A DNA stretch of 47,422 bases from Candidatus Delongbacteria bacterium (GTDB lineage: Bacteria; UBA4055). The notes under the pieces are model-generated. The model was not told where the DNA came from. It was given only the letters and a program-made list of their open reading frames with translations, and searched no databases. Position 1 is the stretch's first letter. Every line of letters starts with the position of its first letter. The translations under genes were made by a program, and so were the position numbers. Positions 8,620-18,838 of this stretch are shown piece by piece. Location of the stretch: assembly GCA_027858225.1 (NCBI GenBank), contig JAQIDB010000202.1, positions 1-47,422 of the forward strand, in the 5' to 3' direction.

Positions 8620-10188
8620 ATGAAACTAAACAGGATGAAATGTCTTATGAAAAATATTCTATTTTTAACTTTGTTTTTGGTATCTTTAGTTTTTTCAGGT
8701 GAAGGTGACGATTTAATCAATGTTGGTGATATTTCCTTTGAGGATGTAAATTGGAATGATTATGGTGATATTTTTTATTCCAGAAGGAACATTCAGGATA
8801 TGACATCTAAAGGTCAGGCTGTTGTTATCCATTTTTACACTGCTTGCTACAGTTGATCAGGTATACAAACGATGCCGGAGGCATCTACTTTCGAAAAAGC
8901 ATATAAGAATATTGATTTAAATACTGACATTTACCTGGTTGGAGCATCTACAAATTTGAACTTGATACCTGATCTAAAATATACTCAGGAAATTAATTTC
9001 ATCAGTTATAATATGGCTACAGAAATAGAATTAGGTCATTATCAAAAATACTTCGAATTTGAAACAGATTATTACTCAAACTTTTTATTCATTGGGAAAA
9101 ACAATAAAATTATTGGCAAGTTAGGTAACGCAGCAACTCAGGAAGAAATGGAAAATATGTTCAACCTTACCTTGTCTTCTTTTGAGGGAATTTATCAAAG
9201 AGAGTCAATTAATAATATAATTCTTCAAGATGATGTAACTCTTATTGATTTGAATGATTATTTCTATGTCGAAGATGGAAAAAATATTAATTTTGAGATA
9301 ATATCTAATTCAAACCAATTAGCTGTGTCAGGATCTTCAAACAATTGGGAATTAGAACTGTTGAAGGGAGATTATACGGGAAATTCTAAATTAACTTTAC
9401 AGATCAAAGTTCCGGATAAAGAAATTGCATATACTATGGATTTTTATGTCTTTAATTCAAATGGTGAAAATGAAGACTTTGAATATGACAAATTAACAGA
9501 AAGTACCATTTCTTGGGAAAATGATAGAGAGCCATGGCTTCTAACTAATGAAACATCCTTCACAGGAGATCAATCTATCAGGTCAGGATATATTGTTGAC
9601 CATTTATCATCAAGCTTATCACTTACAATGAATGTAGCTGAACGAGATTATATTAGTTTTGCATATAAAACATCATCTGAGCAAGACAATGATTTTTTAG
9701 GATTCTATATCAATGATGTCTTAATGAATTACCAAGATCTTCCTTTATGGTCCGGATTAAACGATTGGAGATCTGTAACATATAATTTGAGACCTGGAAT
9801 ACAAACTTTTACCTGGACATATTCCAAAAATGATTTTGGTAGTATCGGTGATGATTGTGTGTGGATGGATGCTTTAGTTCTTCCAGCCAGTGGGATAGAA
9901 ATGGATATTGAGAACAACGAATTACCGTCATCTATTGCTTTGTCGAATTACCCAAATCCATTCAACCCTACAACAACAATCAATTTCTCACTTAACAAGT
10001 CTTCAATCATGGAATTGAATATCTACGATATGACCGGTAGTTTAGTTGACAAATTACATAATGGATTTACAAATGCTGGAAAGCATTCTTATGAATTCAA
10101 TGGGAACAATCTATCCAGTGGGATTTACTACGCTGTTTTAAAAACTGAAGAACAACAGAAAATTTCAAAAATGATCTTAGTAAAATAA
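8620..10188 (+). CDS. Exported thioredoxin-fold (TlpA/redoxin-like) selenoprotein candidate with C-x-x-U motif, a beta-rich middle region and a T9SS type-A C-terminal sorting domain
   Basis: Track ORFs 8554-8856 and 8872-10188 share one frame. They are separated only by TGA (8854-8856) plus 5 sense codons. Read-through gives GQAVVIHFYTACYS-U-SGIQTMPE. The signal peptide is MK..MKNILFLTLFLVSLVFS. The C-terminus is NYPNPFNPTTTINFSL...GIYYAVLK...MILVK. The start is uncertain (8620, 8635 or 8647). Confidence 0.7.
8867..8892 (+). promoter_or_regulatory. SECIS-like hairpin downstream of UGA 8854-8856
   Basis: The core is GAUGCC-GGA-GGCAUC at 8871-8885. The stem starts 15 nt after the UGA and the loop G residues lie about 21 nt after it. 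AAA/UUU could extend the lower stem. Confidence 0.5.
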
Positions 10189-11505
10189 TGATTCATTAAA
10201 ATTCTTTCCAATGTCTCCGTAGATCTTTACCAGATCTAGGATACTTTGTATTTCGACCCATTCATGAGCTCTGTGAGAATTCCACCCAACAGGACCTAAG
10301 ACAATAACCGGAGTTTTAGGGAAATGTCTTTTAAAAACATTTTCATCAGCAACAGAATATCCCATGTTATAATTCATAAATGGAGTCGTTTTATTTACAT
10401 TTTCTATTACAAATTGAGTAAACGGATGATCCTCCCCTGTAAGATATCCCTCACTGAACGGAGTCGGTCTGTCTTTCAATTTTACCGAACATTTCTTTGT
10501 AACACCATCGATATCAACAGTTTTTAAAATATTCTCTGAATAAAGATCTTCAATAATGTTTTCAAACATTGTTCTCAATTTATCAATGGTCATATTAGGT
10601 GTAAAAGTACAATCTATTGATATCTTTCCAGTTGACGGAATAGATAGTGAGCCATCACCGCAATCTATTTTATTTACAAAATATGACCCTTGTATATTAT
10701 TAATAGCAGAAGTATCTGGTACTTCAGAATGAAAGAACTCAAAAGAATCTTTGTACGTTTTCCTATGGTCTTCTAAAGCAGTTACTATCTTTGAAGCTTC
10801 AACAGCCGCATTTATAAAACTTTCGTCCATCGAAATTGCACCATGACCGCCTGTTCCATGAACTTCAATTTCAAACTCACATCTACCCAATCGTCCAATT
10901 CCTATCGAACCACCACCGTAGATATAATTTGGACCATCTCCTATCTCTGGAACAATAATTGCTTTCACATCTTCTAAGAATTCACTCTCAACCAACTTAT
11001 TTGATCCTAAGGAATAAAATTCTTCATCAACTCCAAAACAGAGCTTTATTTTATGATCCTCAGGGTTTAGATCTTTAAAAGCTTCAAGCATTATCGCAAT
11101 ACCTGCTTTCATATCATTTGAACCAAGACCTACTAAGACATCTCTTTCTTTTCCCTGAAATTCTAATTTCGACATTTTAGGTGTGAGAGCATCATTTTTA
11201 CTCAACCATGGATTTGCAGAAACCGTATCCATATGAGCATAAAATAAGATTGAATGATCACCAGTACCCTTCTCTGCTAAGATATTATAAAATTTATTAC
11301 TGCTTTTATTTGAATGAACAAATTGTTTTTCTACAGTAAATCCATATTCTATCAATTTATCCATAATAAATTCAGCTATCTCAATTTCATTTCCACCAAT
11401 GGATAACTGTTTATTAATGATATCTATTGTATTAATAGTATCTAATTCAAATGGATTTCTGGAATCTATCTTGATCAATTCTTTTAATAATTCTAGTACT
11501 TCCAT
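10177..11505 (-). CDS. M20-family metallopeptidase/deacylase (ArgE/DapE/CPG2-like)
   Basis: The motifs are YAHMDTV, GSNDMKAG, GVDEE and a late H...E. Its 3' end overlaps the convergent upstream gene by 12 nt. Confidence 0.8.
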   Translation of the reverse strand: MEVLELLKELIKIDSRNPFELDTINTIDIINKQLSIGGNEIEIAEFIMDKLIEYGFTVEKQFVHSNKSSNKFYNILAEKGTGDHSILFYAHMDTVSANPWLSKNDALTPKMSKLEFQGKERDVLVGLGSNDMKAGIAIMLEAFKDLNPEDHKIKLCFGVDEEFYSLGSNKLVESEFLEDVKAIIVPEIGDGPNYIYGGGSIGIGRLGRCEFEIEVHGTGGHGAISMDESFINAAVEASKIVTALEDHRKTYKDSFEFFHSEVPDTSAINNIQGSYFVNKIDCGDGSLSIPSTGKISIDCTFTPNMTIDKLRTMFENIIEDLYSENILKTVDIDGVTKKCSVKLKDRPTPFSEGYLTGEDHPFTQFVIENVNKTTPFMNYNMGYSVADENVFKRHFPKTPVIVLGPVGWNSHRAHEWVEIQSILDLVKIYGDIGKNFNESLFY

Positions 11506-11610
11506 ACGTTACCTATCTAATTTTTTTTTCAATTAAAAATATACAAAATATCATTGATTAAACAGAAAATAATTCTTTATATTTGCGTAATAATATAACT
11601 GAGGTAAAGT

Positions 11611-12771
11611 ATTATTACTCAAAATAAAAACATAGTAAAAAAATCATTTGATTACGCAACAGTACTTACTGTTTCTTTTGCTCATTTGATCGGTGATATG
11701 TATTCATCATTTCTTGCTCCTGTTCTTCCAATTTTGATAACACAACTTGGAATTTCAAATTTTCAGGCAGGTATGCTTGATTTTGCTAGAAAAATACCAT
11801 CTCTTTTAAATCCAATCTTTGGCATAATCGCAGATAAGATAGACGCAAAATACTTTATGATAATAGGTATCATAATTATAACTGTCAGTATGAGTCTTCT
11901 TGGTACTGTTCCTGACTTTATCACTCTTTTCATACTGGTTTTCATAGCAGGTATCGGTACGAGTATATTTCATGTTCCCGGTCCAGTTATAATAAAAAAG
12001 GTAGCTCCTCAAAAACTGGGTCTTGGAATGAGTTTTTATATGCTTGGCGGAGAATTTGCCAGAACTCTTGGTCCACTTTTGATCCTTGGTGCAGTTAGCT
12101 TGTGGGGATTTGAGGGAACTTACAGAGTTATGCCTCTAGGACTGGCAGTTGCTGCTGTATTATTCTTTAGATTCAGAAAGATCAGTGTACATAAGAAAAT
12201 CGACCCAAAAGACAGGAAAAAAGCAAATTATAGAAAATATCTAGGTTTCTTTGCTATCATATCTGGTATCGTAATCTTTAGATCCGGTATGCATTCAGCT
12301 TTAACTCTATATCTACCAACTTACTTGACTGCTAAAGGAAATTCCCTTTGGATTGCAGGAATATCCCTGGCTATTCTTCAATTTGCAGGAGCAGCCGGCA
12401 CTTTTACTATTGGAATGCTTTCAGATAAATTCGGAAGAAAAAATATCCTTCTTATTCTTGCCTCTTTAAATCCTATTTTAATGTTCGCATTTATTTTTTC
12501 AACTGGTTTTATGATTTTCCCAATCTTAATCGCTTCAGGATTCATTTTGTTCGGATCAAATCCGATCATTATGGCACTTGTTCAGGAAAGAGATACTGAA
12601 AATCTTTCATTTCTAAACGGTACTTATATGACCATAAGCTTTGTTGGAAGTTCAATCATGGTTCTTACTGTCGGATTTCTTTCAGACATTTTCGGTCTTG
12701 ATACAACATATTTAGTAACTGCATTTTTATCAATCGCTGCAATACCATTCGTACTAATGTTAAAGAAATAA
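11611..12771 (+). CDS. MFS transporter, probably initiating at a non-canonical ATT
   Basis: It has about 12 predicted hydrophobic helices. The track ORF starts at TTG 11686, inside what reads as TM1 (SFDYATVLTVSFAHLIGDMYSSFL). The frame is open back to the TAA at 11605. GAGG at 11601-11604 lies 6 nt upstream of ATT 11611. Confidence 0.6.
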   Translation: MITQNKNIVKKSFDYATVLTVSFAHLIGDMYSSFLAPVLPILITQLGISNFQAGMLDFARKIPSLLNPIFGIIADKIDAKYFMIIGIIIITVSMSLLGTVPDFITLFILVFIAGIGTSIFHVPGPVIIKKVAPQKLGLGMSFYMLGGEFARTLGPLLILGAVSLWGFEGTYRVMPLGLAVAAVLFFRFRKISVHKKIDPKDRKKANYRKYLGFFAIISGIVIFRSGMHSALTLYLPTYLTAKGNSLWIAGISLAILQFAGAAGTFTIGMLSDKFGRKNILLILASLNPILMFAFIFSTGFMIFPILIASGFILFGSNPIIMALVQERDTENLSFLNGTYMTISFVGSSIMVLTVGFLSDIFGLDTTYLVTAFLSIAAIPFVLMLKK

Positions 12772-12800
12772 AAAAGCCGACTTAAAAGCCGGCTTCTTTA
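12770..12800. terminator. Bidirectional hairpin between convergent MFS and C25 genes
   Basis: The sequence is aaaaAAGCCGacttaaaagCCGGCTTcttt, A-rich on the left and T-rich on the right. Confidence 0.5.
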
Positions 12801-12817
12801 TGCATTCTATTCAATGA

Positions 12818-15800
12818 CTAGTTCTTTGCTACTATGTAATAGAAAAGTTTAGCCTGATCAGCAGCTACAGTATACTGATTTGTTGCTACATTTGTTACAA
12901 ATGTAAATGTTCCGTAAGGATCATCTGATGAATAAACATCATAGCTTGTCGCATCTGCTGCAACATCCCAATCTACCACAATATCCGCACCTGAAATACT
13001 AGTACTTACATTAGCTGGTATTCCTGGAGGAGGTGTTACACCACCAACTGTGAAAGTAGCCACAACAACTTCTGAAAATTCGTCTGGATCATCTGAAATT
13101 ATTGTAATATCTGCTGTATATTCACCTACAGCAAGTCCTGTTGCATCATAACCAACTGTGATAGCATTCGTGTCTGAAGCATTTACCACACCATTAATTG
13201 TTACACCACCGTCAAGTGTTAACCAAGAATAAGCAGAAGGACCTGAAATAAATACATTATCAAGTGTCTGCCAACCAGTTGAACCTTGAGATCTAGTAAC
13301 ATTAGCTATAAATCTTACTTGAACTGCAGTATTAGGAATTGCGATATGCTGACTTCCGCTATATGTTGCAGTTCCGTTATAAACTTGAGTCCATACTGAA
13401 CCATCATACCATTCAGCCTGAAAATAACCACCAGATCTAATTAGATTCGCGCAATCAAAATCAAGGAATAAATCACTTGTAGAAGTTCCATCAAATACTG
13501 TAGAAGTTAAAGTAGAAATACCTTGAGTGGTTGTTTTGGCCTCACCAGAAACAACTGACCATGAACCAGAATTCGTATAAACAAGTCCAGATTCAAAATC
13601 ATTTTCTTCAACTACCATATCTCCCTTCATACCAGGCCATCCTGTGTACTCGAATGATGCGCTATATGTAAGATTTGAAGAACCAGTGTTTTCAATATTA
13701 AGTACACTTGAAGTTGTTTCATCCGGAGCACATGTTCCAGTATTTGTTGCTGCTACATTGATATCAGGTAAAGCACCCGTACCAGTTACAGAAATATACT
13801 CAGGATCGTGACTTGGATCTGAAGATGTAATAGTTATATTTCCACTATAAGTTGTTTGAGCAGTTGGAGAGAATACTAGATCAAATGTCTTAGAACTGTT
13901 TGTAGGAACAGCATAACTTAATATATTCTTTGCAGCATTTGCAACTGAATAACCAGTGATTGTAGTGATGTCACCAATAATTGTTTCGGTATTGTGTGTA
14001 TTTGTAATTGTAAACTGCATTGTAGAACTTCCGTCAACAGTTACATTTCCGAAATCTAAAGATGAATGATCTAAAACAAAAGTACCACCAAGATCACCAG
14101 TTACCATTAGAACTGATTGTTCAGTTTCTAAGTTAAATCCAGTAACTGTAACAGTTACATCAGATGCAATTGCGAAACCGTGATCGATTGAAACATTACC
14201 ACTTGAATTTGTAAGTGCAGTATAATTTGTTCCGTTTTGATAAAGAGTTACTCTTGCACCTTCTACAGGGCTTCCACCAGCAGTAATTGTTGTTGAATAA
14301 TTACTTGGAAGTAAAGTAGTTGTTGAATTGTCGATCAATGTTGGCTGATCAGTTCTAACCTGAACAGTAACATCACCGAAGATAGTCCATGCTTCCTGAG
14401 TATCTCTTGTTGATGCATCTGTTGGATTATCTAAAAGCATCTGGTTTGATGCATTTACTGCAATTGATCCGTAATGAGTTCTTTGTTCAGTGATAGTTAC
14501 TCCATCACCAGGGTTTGAAGAATAGTCATATCCACCTACAAGTATATCATTAAAATAATCCTGACCTACCATTGGAGGATACCAAGGCTGACTGATAGTT
14601 GAGAACCAACCTACTACTGCTCCACCAGTTGGATGTCTTAACCAAGTCTCTGCAAAACAATCACTTGCTGCATAATATATATTTCCAACTAAACAAGCTA
14701 CTGATTGAATAAATGGAAGCCTATTACTATTGTTCATTGTTGCGATGTCGGCATTGTAGATATAACCACCATCTATAGACTGCCAACAATCATATGATCC
14801 ATGACCGGTATAGTTGATAATAGTTGTACCAGTGTTTACATATTCAACGATTTTAGTTTTTGTATATGAATCTAAACTTTGATAAACTGTGTTTGCTGAT
14901 GTATAAGTAAATGGTAAAAGTCTTCCATTTATGATATTTTCTGAGTGCTCATAATCAATCTCACCATCGTCTCCGGGACCTTCATCACCGGCAATTCCCA
15001 TTGCTGTATCATACCATGAACCACCAATTTCAGGATTCTTCTCATAGTTGATAGCTTTATTTATCTGAATTTCAACATCTGTTTCATCTGCTGCTGAAAA
15101 ACGTCCTACGATAATGTCCATGTACTGATCAGTTCCAACTACACAACCAAGCATTGGATCTTGAGATCCGTAAGTTGATGTTGAACTATTCAAATACTCA
15201 GATTTTAATGCTGCCCAATCACCTACCAATTGAACATAAAGTATGTTGTTATTAGCATTATAAGCAGTTGTGATGTCACCACTAACTTTTAGATCAGTTC
15301 CATAAGATACTTCTAAAGTATTTACAGTATAACCCATTTCTTCTTTCCATTGGATATATGGCTCTAAAGCTGTTAGTCCACCATAAGAAGAAGTATAAAC
15401 AATAAGGATTTCACCAAGTTCTCCAACATCCATTACTTTAGTTTCATTATAGTTAATGAACATGCCTTTATACATACCGTTCATCTCTGAAACAACAGTT
15501 GAAGATTTTGTGATCAATGGATTCACAGGTTTACTATCATTGTCTACAAGAGATACAGCGATATTTTTATAAACTCTTAAAGTTTGTGTTGCTGCATTAT
15601 ACTGAAAAGGATGAACAATAACACTTGTTCCTCTTACATCTCTCAAGATAAAAGGATCTGTTCCTTCTACAATATTTGCAGGATACCATGAATCTGTAAT
15701 AGATTCTTTAGCTATTTCATAAGGTATTTTACTTATGTCCATACTTCTTGACATTATACCTCTTGAAGGCAACAATGGGTAATCAAGCTTGATGTCAACA

Positions 15801-16090
15801 TATTTGCCTGCATCAAAATCCAAAGTTACATTTTTGTCACTTGATAATTGAACTGATTTACTAAATCTTGGTAATTCAGCATAACCTAATTCATTAGTTC
15901 TTACACCACCTTCAAAATCTATTCTGGTGAATGTTTGACCATCTGCTTTTACTTCACTTAGACTGTATGAATCAACGTTAATGTCAAGCTTCATCTCTGA
16001 ACTTGAAACCTTCGAGTAATTCACGTCATAGCTGTTCGCTAATAGTGATAAAACCATCACTAAGAACAGTAAGACTAAACTTTTTCTCAT
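12818..16090 (-). CDS. Gingipain-like cysteine peptidase (family C25) with Ig-like/adhesin repeats and a C-terminal Fn3-like module
   Basis: It has a signal peptide. The catalytic His context is NYTGHGSYDCW and the catalytic Cys context is FIQSVACLVGN. The length is 1090 aa. After a PPPG linker it ends in ...SYDVYSSDDPYGTFTFV...FYYIVAKN. Confidence 0.8.
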   Translation of the reverse strand: MRKSLVLLFLVMVLSLLANSYDVNYSKVSSSEMKLDINVDSYSLSEVKADGQTFTRIDFEGGVRTNELGYAELPRFSKSVQLSSDKNVTLDFDAGKYVDIKLDYPLLPSRGIMSRSMDISKIPYEIAKESITDSWYPANIVEGTDPFILRDVRGTSVIVHPFQYNAATQTLRVYKNIAVSLVDNDSKPVNPLITKSSTVVSEMNGMYKGMFINYNETKVMDVGELGEILIVYTSSYGGLTALEPYIQWKEEMGYTVNTLEVSYGTDLKVSGDITTAYNANNNILYVQLVGDWAALKSEYLNSSTSTYGSQDPMLGCVVGTDQYMDIIVGRFSAADETDVEIQINKAINYEKNPEIGGSWYDTAMGIAGDEGPGDDGEIDYEHSENIINGRLLPFTYTSANTVYQSLDSYTKTKIVEYVNTGTTIINYTGHGSYDCWQSIDGGYIYNADIATMNNSNRLPFIQSVACLVGNIYYAASDCFAETWLRHPTGGAVVGWFSTISQPWYPPMVGQDYFNDILVGGYDYSSNPGDGVTITEQRTHYGSIAVNASNQMLLDNPTDASTRDTQEAWTIFGDVTVQVRTDQPTLIDNSTTTLLPSNYSTTITAGGSPVEGARVTLYQNGTNYTALTNSSGNVSIDHGFAIASDVTVTVTGFNLETEQSVLMVTGDLGGTFVLDHSSLDFGNVTVDGSSTMQFTITNTHNTETIIGDITTITGYSVANAAKNILSYAVPTNSSKTFDLVFSPTAQTTYSGNITITSSDPSHDPEYISVTGTGALPDINVAATNTGTCAPDETTSSVLNIENTGSSNLTYSASFEYTGWPGMKGDMVVEENDFESGLVYTNSGSWSVVSGEAKTTTQGISTLTSTVFDGTSTSDLFLDFDCANLIRSGGYFQAEWYDGSVWTQVYNGTATYSGSQHIAIPNTAVQVRFIANVTRSQGSTGWQTLDNVFISGPSAYSWLTLDGGVTINGVVNASDTNAITVGYDATGLAVGEYTADITIISDDPDEFSEVVVATFTVGGVTPPPGIPANVSTSISGADIVVDWDVAADATSYDVYSSDDPYGTFTFVTNVATNQYTVAADQAKLFYYIVAKN

Positions 16091-16286
16091 AAAACTCTCC
16101 CCTTTTTACATTACCTATATTTTTCAACTTATACTTTAATTTGTTTTACATAATAGTTAATTTTTACGTGTGTTCATAATACTATTATGGGGCGTATTAT
16201 GATAATAGTCATATAAACGAAAATTGTCAACAGTAAAAAATCTATATTTAATAAAAATACTTCATAAAAAACCATTGATTAAATTC

Positions 16287-16315
16287 TTGACTAAGATTTA
16301 ACCTTCAATTATATT
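16287..16315 (+). promoter_or_regulatory. Sigma-70-like promoter upstream of acpP
   Basis: TTGACT (16287-16292) is followed by a 17-nt spacer and TATATT (16310-16315). AAGGAG lies about 14 nt before the ATG. Confidence 0.45.
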
Positions 16316-16357
16316 ACCATTGATAAAAAGCATTCAAAAAACATTAAGGAGAAAAAT

Positions 16358-16594
16358 ATGTCAATCGAACAAAAAGTAAAAGAAATTATTATGGACGAAT
16401 TAGGTGTTGATGAAGCAAGTGTTGTACCTGAAGCTTCCTTTATAAATGATTTAGGTGCTGATTCTTTAGCTACTGTTGAACTTGTAATGAAGTTTGAAGA
16501 TGAATTTGATATAAAAATCGAAGAAGATGAAGCAGAAAAAATTACAACTGTAGGAACTTCAATAGACTTTATTAAGCAAAAACTTGGTGAGTAA
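16358..16594 (+). CDS. acpP: Acyl carrier protein
   Basis: The phosphopantetheine site is [13 protein letters not shown]. The protein is 78 aa and acidic. Confidence 0.95.
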   Translation: MSIEQKVKEIIMDELGVDEASVVPEASFINDLGADSLATVELVMKFEDEFDIKIEEDEAEKITTVGTSIDFIKQKLGE

Positions 16595-16656
16595 TAAGTA
16601 AATAATAAGCGAGAAATAGGTGAGTAATCTATTTTTTGAACGAAAATATTTATTAT

Positions 16657-16686
16657 CAAGGGAAATTCATTTCCCTTGTTTTTTAT
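16657..16686 (+). terminator. Hairpin plus T-run after acpP (terminator/attenuator before fabF)
   Basis: The sequence is CAAGGGAAAttcaTTTCCCTTG followed by TTTTTTAT. Confidence 0.7.
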
Positions 16687-16747
16687 AAATAATGTTGCTA
16701 GAATGCCAAAGAAATAATTTTGAAATATTAAATATTTAGGAAATAAT

Positions 16748-17989
16748 ATGAAAAGAAGAGTTGTTGTTACTGGAATGGGTGTAGTTACAGTTTTAGGATA
16801 TAATGTTGAAGAATTTTATCAAAATTTACTTGATGGGAAAAATGGTATATCTAAAATAGAAAGATGGGATACTACTGAACATTCAGTAAAAATAGCCGGA
16901 GAAATTAAGGATTTTGATCCTGCTGATCACTTTGAAAGAAACGAATCTAAAAGATTGGACAGATTTACCCAGTATGCTTTAGTTGCTGCTAAAAGTGCTA
17001 TTGAAGATTCTAAAATTGATCTTGAAAAAACAGACTGTGATAGATTTGGAGTTATAACCGGAAGTGGTATTGGTGGAATGGAAACTTATCAGGACAATCA
17101 TAAAAAACTACTTGAAAGAGGACCTAGAAGGGTAAGTCCATTATTCATACCTATGATGATACCTGATATAGCTGCTGGAAGAATTTCGATGAAATGGAAC
17201 CTGCGAGGACCGAACTATACTACTGTATCTGCTTGTGCTTCTTCTGGACATGCGATTGGTAATGCGTATAGAACTATTCAATACGGTGACGCCGATATTA
17301 TGGTGGCTGGTGGAGCTGAAGCTGTAATAACAGATCTTACTGTCGCTGGCTTTGCTAATATGAAAGCACTTTCTACAAGGAATGATGAGCCGCTTAGAGC
17401 AAGCAGACCATTTGATAACGATAGAGATGGTTTTGTTCTGGGTGAAGGCTCCGGAATGCTAATACTTGAAGAATATGAACATGCTGTAAAACGTGGTGCA
17501 AAAATATATGCTGAAATCGCTGGAATAGGTTTCACTAGTGATGCAAAAGACATTGTAGCACCTGACCCTGCAGGTGGTGGAGCTAAAAGAGCTATGTTAG
17601 CTGCTGTTAAAGATGCTGGAATTAAACCTGAAGATATTGACCACATAAATACACATGGTACTTCAACTCCAACCGGTGATATTCCTGAGACTGTAGGTAT
17701 CAAAGCTGCTTTTGGTGAACATGCTTATAAAATTGCTATTAATTCAACAAAATCAATGATCGGTCACTTATTAGGTGGTGCAGGTGCTGTTGAACTTATT
17801 GGCACAATAAAAGCAGTTCAAACTGATACTGTTCATCCTACGATTAATCAAGAAACTCCTGATCCAATGTGTGATTTGAATTATACTCCTAACAAATCAA
17901 TCAAAAGAAAAGTTGATTATGCTCTTAGCAATACATTTGGATTCGGTGGACACAATTCTTCTATACTCGTAAAAAAATTTAAAGGTTAA
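16748..17989 (+). CDS. fabF: 3-oxoacyl-ACP synthase II
   Basis: The active-site Cys lies in VSACASSGHAIG, and the His motifs are HGTSTP and GHLLGGAG. The C-terminal motif NTFGFGGHN is present. Confidence 0.95.
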   Translation: MKRRVVVTGMGVVTVLGYNVEEFYQNLLDGKNGISKIERWDTTEHSVKIAGEIKDFDPADHFERNESKRLDRFTQYALVAAKSAIEDSKIDLEKTDCDRFGVITGSGIGGMETYQDNHKKLLERGPRRVSPLFIPMMIPDIAAGRISMKWNLRGPNYTTVSACASSGHAIGNAYRTIQYGDADIMVAGGAEAVITDLTVAGFANMKALSTRNDEPLRASRPFDNDRDGFVLGEGSGMLILEEYEHAVKRGAKIYAEIAGIGFTSDAKDIVAPDPAGGGAKRAMLAAVKDAGIKPEDIDHINTHGTSTPTGDIPETVGIKAAFGEHAYKIAINSTKSMIGHLLGGAGAVELIGTIKAVQTDTVHPTINQETPDPMCDLNYTPNKSIKRKVDYALSNTFGFGGHNSSILVKKFKG

Positions 17990-17991
17990 TC

Positions 17992-18744
17992 TTGCTTAAA
18001 AAATTCTTTGCGAAAAATGAAGAGGATAGTGTGGATACATCTGTTTTTGATAACCTGAAAACGCTTGAAGATAAAATATTATATTCATTTAAAAATAAAG
18101 ACCTGTTGCTTACTGCACTAAAGCACAGGTCTTTCATTTCTCAAACTATTCAGGAAAGAATTGATTCGAACGAAAGATTAGAATTTTTAGGAGACTCTGT
18201 ACTAAATTTTATTGTAGTTAAGCATCTTTATAAGACTTATCCGGATTTGGATGAAGGTGAACTCAGTAAAATGAAGTCTGTTATAGTTTCCGGTGAAAAC
18301 CTTTCTCTTATTGCAAGAGAAATGAATCTTGGTGAACATATTTTGCTTAGCGAGTATGAAGAAAGAGCCGGCGGTAGAGATAAATCTTCAATCCTTGAAG
18401 ACACTTTTGAAGCTATAATCGGAGCTGTTTACCTTGATAGTGGGATTCTTAAATCAGAGAAAATTATAAAAGTTTTGGTTTTAGAGGACATCAAAAAAGC
18501 ACTTGAAAACACTCTGACTAGAAATTATAAATCTGAATTACTTGAACTCGTTCAATCTAATGGTTTAGAACCTCCAACTTATGAGGTAATCAGTGAAGAA
18601 GGACCTGAACATGAGAAAGTATTTACTGTAAAAGCTATCGTCGATGGTAAAGAAGTATCTCAGGGATCATCAACCTCTAAAAAACGAGCTGAACAGGAAG
18701 CTAGTCGAAAAGCGCTTGAGAACCTGGATCTACTGAGTAATTAA
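17992..18744 (+). CDS. rnc: Ribonuclease III
   Basis: The RNase III signature is ERLEFLGDSVL, with a second acidic motif EDTFEAIIGAVYLD and a C-terminal dsRBD. It has a TTG start 2 nt after the fabF stop. Confidence 0.92.
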   Translation: MLKKFFAKNEEDSVDTSVFDNLKTLEDKILYSFKNKDLLLTALKHRSFISQTIQERIDSNERLEFLGDSVLNFIVVKHLYKTYPDLDEGELSKMKSVIVSGENLSLIAREMNLGEHILLSEYEERAGGRDKSSILEDTFEAIIGAVYLDSGILKSEKIIKVLVLEDIKKALENTLTRNYKSELLELVQSNGLEPPTYEVISEEGPEHEKVFTVKAIVDGKEVSQGSSTSKKRAEQEASRKALENLDLLSN

Positions 18745-18838
18745 AAAAAAAAAGACTTGCCTTAAATACAAACTTTATGCAAATTAAGTTCTAATTAATA
18801 TAATTTATTAAAATAAAAATCTTTCGGAGGATTAAGAA

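Noticed and set aside
10177-10188. A 12-nt overlap of the convergent 3' ends of the selenoprotein gene and the M20 peptidase gene
   Set aside because: Short convergent overlaps are common in compact genomes, and I see no structure or motif there.
16309-17703. Antisense ORFs 16309-16659 (opposite acpP) and 17278-17703 (opposite fabF)
   Set aside because: They are shadow ORFs on the opposite strand of highly conserved genes. Their Ser/Ala/Pro-rich translations are typical of antisense frames.
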